A DNA stretch of 64,000 nucleotides, taken from a candidate division WS6 bacterium OLB20 (GTDB lineage: Bacteria; Patescibacteriota; Dojkabacteria; B142; OLB20). The notes beneath the pieces are model-generated. The model was not told where the DNA came from. It did no database searches and was given only the letters and a program-made list of their open reading frames with translations. Shown piece by piece: positions 60,847-64,000 of the stretch (positions are counted from its first letter, which is position 1; the number at the start of each line of letters is the position of its first letter). Position numbers and translations under genes: made by a program. The DNA lies in assembly GCA_001567355.1 (NCBI GenBank), contig JYNZ01000003.1, positions 70,655 to 134,654 on the forward strand. Direction: 5' to 3'.

Positions 60847-63800
60847 TGGTACGTGAGTTTATTAAGGAGCATGGAGAGATTGATGATCAGACAACAACAG
60901 AACTCACAGAATTAGCCAAGGACTACCTTGCCGGTAAAGAGTTGCTACCCGAGAATGCCTCTGAAACTGCCAGCGCATTTGTTCAGGCAACAGAGTATAT
61001 GCGCTCTGCAAAACTGAGGGAGTATCTTCGTCAGGTGAGCGAGATGCCGATGACCGAGGAACTTGGCACCACAATGGTAACCGACCGCGGCCCGGAACCT
61101 GTGACGATGGCAAGGCTGGGGATCGACCCTGAAGGGTTGACGGGCGATACACAGGTCGACGAAAAAACTGCAAGCATGCTGGTTCTCACCGACATATACA
61201 ACCAGATGTCTCTGCGGGCAACAATGGACAAGGAATACTACCGGGTATTTATGAGCCAGAAAGCAATGCTCGGCTACCTGCTTGAGCAGCGTGGTGACAT
61301 GACAATCGGTCAGCTGCAGAACTGGCTGTTCGGGCCCCGTACAACAGATTCTGACGGCAAATCCGTACGCCGGGGAGGTGTTATCAATCTGTCAATGACA
61401 AAAGGACTGTTTGCAGGAATCGATACAGAGAAGCTGGCGCAGATACTGGATTCCCTTGGCGCAGAAGAGACACTTACTGCAGATACGGTTCGTGACCGAC
61501 TTGCAGACCAGTATCCCGAGAACAAAACTCCGGAGCGTACAGCAGAATACTGGGCAACAATAACCGGTACTGATGATCAGTTGATTCCGCTTGCTGCTCA
61601 GTATCGCGACCGGATCCAGTTTGCTACCAACCTTAAAGGCGGAGCTTACTCAAGTCTTGTCAAAGACTGGCTTACGAATGATCGCAATCCCGCCCGGGTC
61701 AAAGAGCGTGGCGCTGTCGATACATGGTACGCAATGGGGCCGGGCAATCATTCCTTTATTCATGAAGATACACGCTCACCCGCACTGTTTGGATTTAGGG
61801 GTATGCCTAATCCACTTGATATTTTTGGCGTAACGCCAATGAAAATGAACGAGGCGTATGGTGCCTGGATGGTCAAGCTGCTTGGTAAACGAACAGCCGG
61901 TCTGCTTGGTTTTCATAGTGCACTGGGAGCTGACCCGATCGGAAAAGGTATCCCGGGTGCCCTGGGTTCAATGATCAAGGGAACTGCCTGGGGAAGAGAA
62001 CTCGATAAGAAGTTGAAGATCGGAGCAAAACCTGGCGCCGATATGGCTCGTATCCAGGCGGTACGAATCATTGACTCTGTTACGCAGCATTCTTACTCGA
62101 TCATGGGAGAGCTTGCCGGGGCAGGGTTTGACCGAGAAAGCTCTCTGCTGCTGGTCGAGGCTATCGGAGGTATCAAGCAGAAAAACCAGCAGTTTGACCC
62201 TGCAACCCGCAGTCTGGATGAGCCAGACATTCATCGCTATAACCGTGTATTTGCAAATTCCAGAACAGTACCTCTGACAGCAGCTGACCGCGCCTGGCTT
62301 GAAGATGATTCAATTGCCTGGACGGACCCGACAGGTGCGTCTGTTGTACATTCCATTGACGACCTGAGAGCCATCGGACATGAAAACTATCTGCGCAAAG
62401 GGCAGATGTCTGTAAAACTGCTTACTGAGATGCTTCGGATGGTTCCGGATGCAAATTTTGAACTTTTGTCAGAAAAAGGCGGATCTGCCGGTCTGAATAC
62501 CTTTGATCGCAACGAACTGCGTGCGGAATTCAGCAGAATTGCAGAGCATATGATGTACCTCGATCATAATGCACTGACCACTTCTCTGACACAGCGTGCA
62601 GCAGACCCCAACCCGTTATCGGTACCGATCCGGCATTTCACGATTGACGACATCATTTCACGGGTTAACAGAGTTGAATCGAGGCTCGAAAAAGTAGGCT
62701 CGACAGTACCGGCAGAAATGGGTCGCATTGACTGGCCGCATGTCTGGGTCAATCTTGGCAAAGACGAAAACGGAAACGACATTGTCTACGAAGCAGAAAT
62801 GCTGAAGGAGTTTGTCTCGTTCTTTTATAAGGCCAAGGCCCGAAAAGTTGCCGAGCTTGGAGTGTACGGTGTTCAACAGGTCAATTACAACAATGCGCTG
62901 GAGAACACTCCCGTGCTGGCAAAGCTTGGACTACCTGTTACAGCTGACAGGATGCCGGCTGACATGTTCAGTCTGGTAAAGGACTCAATGGAAGACAAAA
63001 CTGACCCTGTGACGGGTGCAGTTATTGGCAAGAAAAAGAACTGGGAGGTACTGGGTCTGTCAGAAGAGGATCTGCGCAGACTCAGATCAGACGGGTATGT
63101 CATGTTTGAGGTTGATGACAATGCAGGAGGTAAGCGGATGGTCCGCATAGACCTGCCCGATAAGCGCTCGGGCAGTCTTGAGGGGGTCTACTTCACCGAG
63201 TACGATCAGTACGCAAAAATTGAAAAGAAGACGGATCAGGGTTTTGTCACAACGTACGATCCATTTGCAAAGCTGGGCGAAGAGGACCTTAACTATCTGT
63301 TCGGAAAGATGGGTGCATCTGGTCTGGACGGCGAACAGGGCAAGGTAACGTTTAATATTGACGACGAGATGGGCGCTAAACATAAAGCACTGGGCATTTA
63401 CTTCAATTACATGGAAAAGCTGATGCAGGTTTCGGAGTTCGCAGAAGCAACAAAAAAGCGCAAAAAGTTCTGGGCATTTATGACCAATATCAACCGTATC
63501 ATGCGCTGGTCAGTCTACGCGGGCGTTGTAGCAGGACTTACAATTAATCCAGCCATGCTTGGCGTCTTTATCTGGACACCTGATATGCTGATCGGAATGT
63601 TTGTCTGGGACTGGCTGTTTGCCAGGTTCTTAAACCGGGCACGTGACGGCTGGGGCGGACGTAACGGTATTGCTGAAGAGCTGGTCCAGAAACTGGAGGG
63701 TATGCGCAATACATTTGAGCAGGCACGTAATGCGCAGGCACTGTCTACGGACAATCTCAACATGCTTGATAATTACGTAAAAAATATTGAGAAAATGTGG

Positions 63801-63920
63801 GAGGATACAATGGAGAAGTTCAGCAAACTGGTCAAGTACAGTCCCAACTCGACCCAGGAGGTTAGTAGCGGATTTGTTAACTTTGCGGATACATTTGTTA
63901 AAACTAATATGAGTCTTTAG
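60843..63920 (+). CDS. large hypothetical protein (1,025 aa) with a C-terminal pair of TM helices
   Basis: Overlaps the upstream gene by 4 nt (ATGA). Globular composition. A hydrophobic hairpin 'WSVYAGVVAGLTINPAMLGVFIW...LIGMFVWDWLF' sits near the C-terminus. No recognisable domain. Confidence 0.6.
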   Translation: MMVREFIKEHGEIDDQTTTELTELAKDYLAGKELLPENASETASAFVQATEYMRSAKLREYLRQVSEMPMTEELGTTMVTDRGPEPVTMARLGIDPEGLTGDTQVDEKTASMLVLTDIYNQMSLRATMDKEYYRVFMSQKAMLGYLLEQRGDMTIGQLQNWLFGPRTTDSDGKSVRRGGVINLSMTKGLFAGIDTEKLAQILDSLGAEETLTADTVRDRLADQYPENKTPERTAEYWATITGTDDQLIPLAAQYRDRIQFATNLKGGAYSSLVKDWLTNDRNPARVKERGAVDTWYAMGPGNHSFIHEDTRSPALFGFRGMPNPLDIFGVTPMKMNEAYGAWMVKLLGKRTAGLLGFHSALGADPIGKGIPGALGSMIKGTAWGRELDKKLKIGAKPGADMARIQAVRIIDSVTQHSYSIMGELAGAGFDRESSLLLVEAIGGIKQKNQQFDPATRSLDEPDIHRYNRVFANSRTVPLTAADRAWLEDDSIAWTDPTGASVVHSIDDLRAIGHENYLRKGQMSVKLLTEMLRMVPDANFELLSEKGGSAGLNTFDRNELRAEFSRIAEHMMYLDHNALTTSLTQRAADPNPLSVPIRHFTIDDIISRVNRVESRLEKVGSTVPAEMGRIDWPHVWVNLGKDENGNDIVYEAEMLKEFVSFFYKAKARKVAELGVYGVQQVNYNNALENTPVLAKLGLPVTADRMPADMFSLVKDSMEDKTDPVTGAVIGKKKNWEVLGLSEEDLRRLRSDGYVMFEVDDNAGGKRMVRIDLPDKRSGSLEGVYFTEYDQYAKIEKKTDQGFVTTYDPFAKLGEEDLNYLFGKMGASGLDGEQGKVTFNIDDEMGAKHKALGIYFNYMEKLMQVSEFAEATKKRKKFWAFMTNINRIMRWSVYAGVVAGLTINPAMLGVFIWTPDMLIGMFVWDWLFARFLNRARDGWGGRNGIAEELVQKLEGMRNTFEQARNAQALSTDNLNMLDNYVKNIEKMWEDTMEKFSKLVKYSPNSTQEVSSGFVNFADTFVKTNMSL

Positions 63921-63924
63921 CATC

Positions 63925-64000
63925 ATGCTGCTGATGTTTGACGACAGAATGAAACCGATACTTGCAAAGCACCTGGGAATGGGTGAGGATGTCCTGTTAG
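63925..64000 (+). CDS. start of a further ORF, cut by the window end
   Basis: An ATG 5 nt after the stop of the 1,025-aa gene. It reads 'MLLMFDDRMKPILAKHLGMGEDVL' and is open to the window edge. Confidence 0.3.
   Translation, partial: MLLMFDDRMKPILAKHLGMGEDVLL

Noticed and set aside
1-64000. CRISPR arrays, insertion sequences, transposases, integrases, prophage genes and toxin-antitoxin pairs.
   Set aside because: No spaced direct repeats were found. No ORF carries DDE, tyrosine/serine recombinase, terminase or capsid signatures. The small ORF pairs do not resemble known toxin-antitoxin families. The window looks like core chromosome.

Overview
This window is a dense 64-kb chromosomal segment of a bacterial genome. 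It uses the standard genetic code (UGA is read as stop), has about 50% GC and roughly 90% coding density, and shows no transposase, integrase or CRISPR array. I can support about 55 protein-coding genes and one tRNA-Gln(UUG).

Recognisable genes:
- Cell-envelope and housekeeping: asnS (5'-truncated by the window edge), a NagZ-type GH3 hexosaminidase, uvrA, a minus-strand UDP-GlcNAc cluster (glmS, yvcK/glmR-like, glmU-like, suhB-like), an ECF sigma/anti-sigma pair, CcdA, YaaA, RlmN, a class II photolyase, pheA, an Smr protein and an FKBP peptidyl-prolyl isomerase.
- Transport: an MsbA-like ABC exporter, a CAP-domain protein and a MacAB-like tripartite efflux module; an MFS transporter; a cation P-type ATPase; an ABC-2 transporter pair.
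- Proteolysis and energy: M29 and M32 peptidases; a 2-oxoacid:ferredoxin oxidoreductase (KorAB-like); an ADP-forming acetyl-CoA synthetase; Obg; a PduO-type adenosyltransferase.

Three things stand out.
1. Six well-conserved genes are each broken by a single frame disruption: uvrA, glmS, the M32 carboxypeptidase, the class II photolyase, a DDAH/amidinotransferase-like protein and the P-type ATPase. Three of the breaks sit in A/T homopolymers. This is either uncorrected assembly indels or real gene decay; the sequence alone cannot tell which.
2. Three gene sets look like cell-surface machinery with no recognisable homology:
   - a 1,445-aa secreted beta-helix/beta-propeller-like protein;
   - two tandem lipoproteins that carry a type IV pilin-like domain behind a lipobox signal instead of a prepilin leader;
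   - two adjacent, translationally coupled giant hypothetical proteins (723 and 1,025 aa) at the 3' end, next to a divergently encoded 400-aa Pro/Gln-rich tail-anchored protein.
3. The roughly 360-nt structured leader upstream of glmS is a candidate cis-regulatory RNA.

The gene content (ferredoxin-linked oxidoreductase plus ADP-forming acetyl-CoA synthetase, many large orphan surface proteins, pilin-like domains) fits a fermentative bacterium with a small genome, possibly from an uncultivated lineage. That lineage assignment is inference only.
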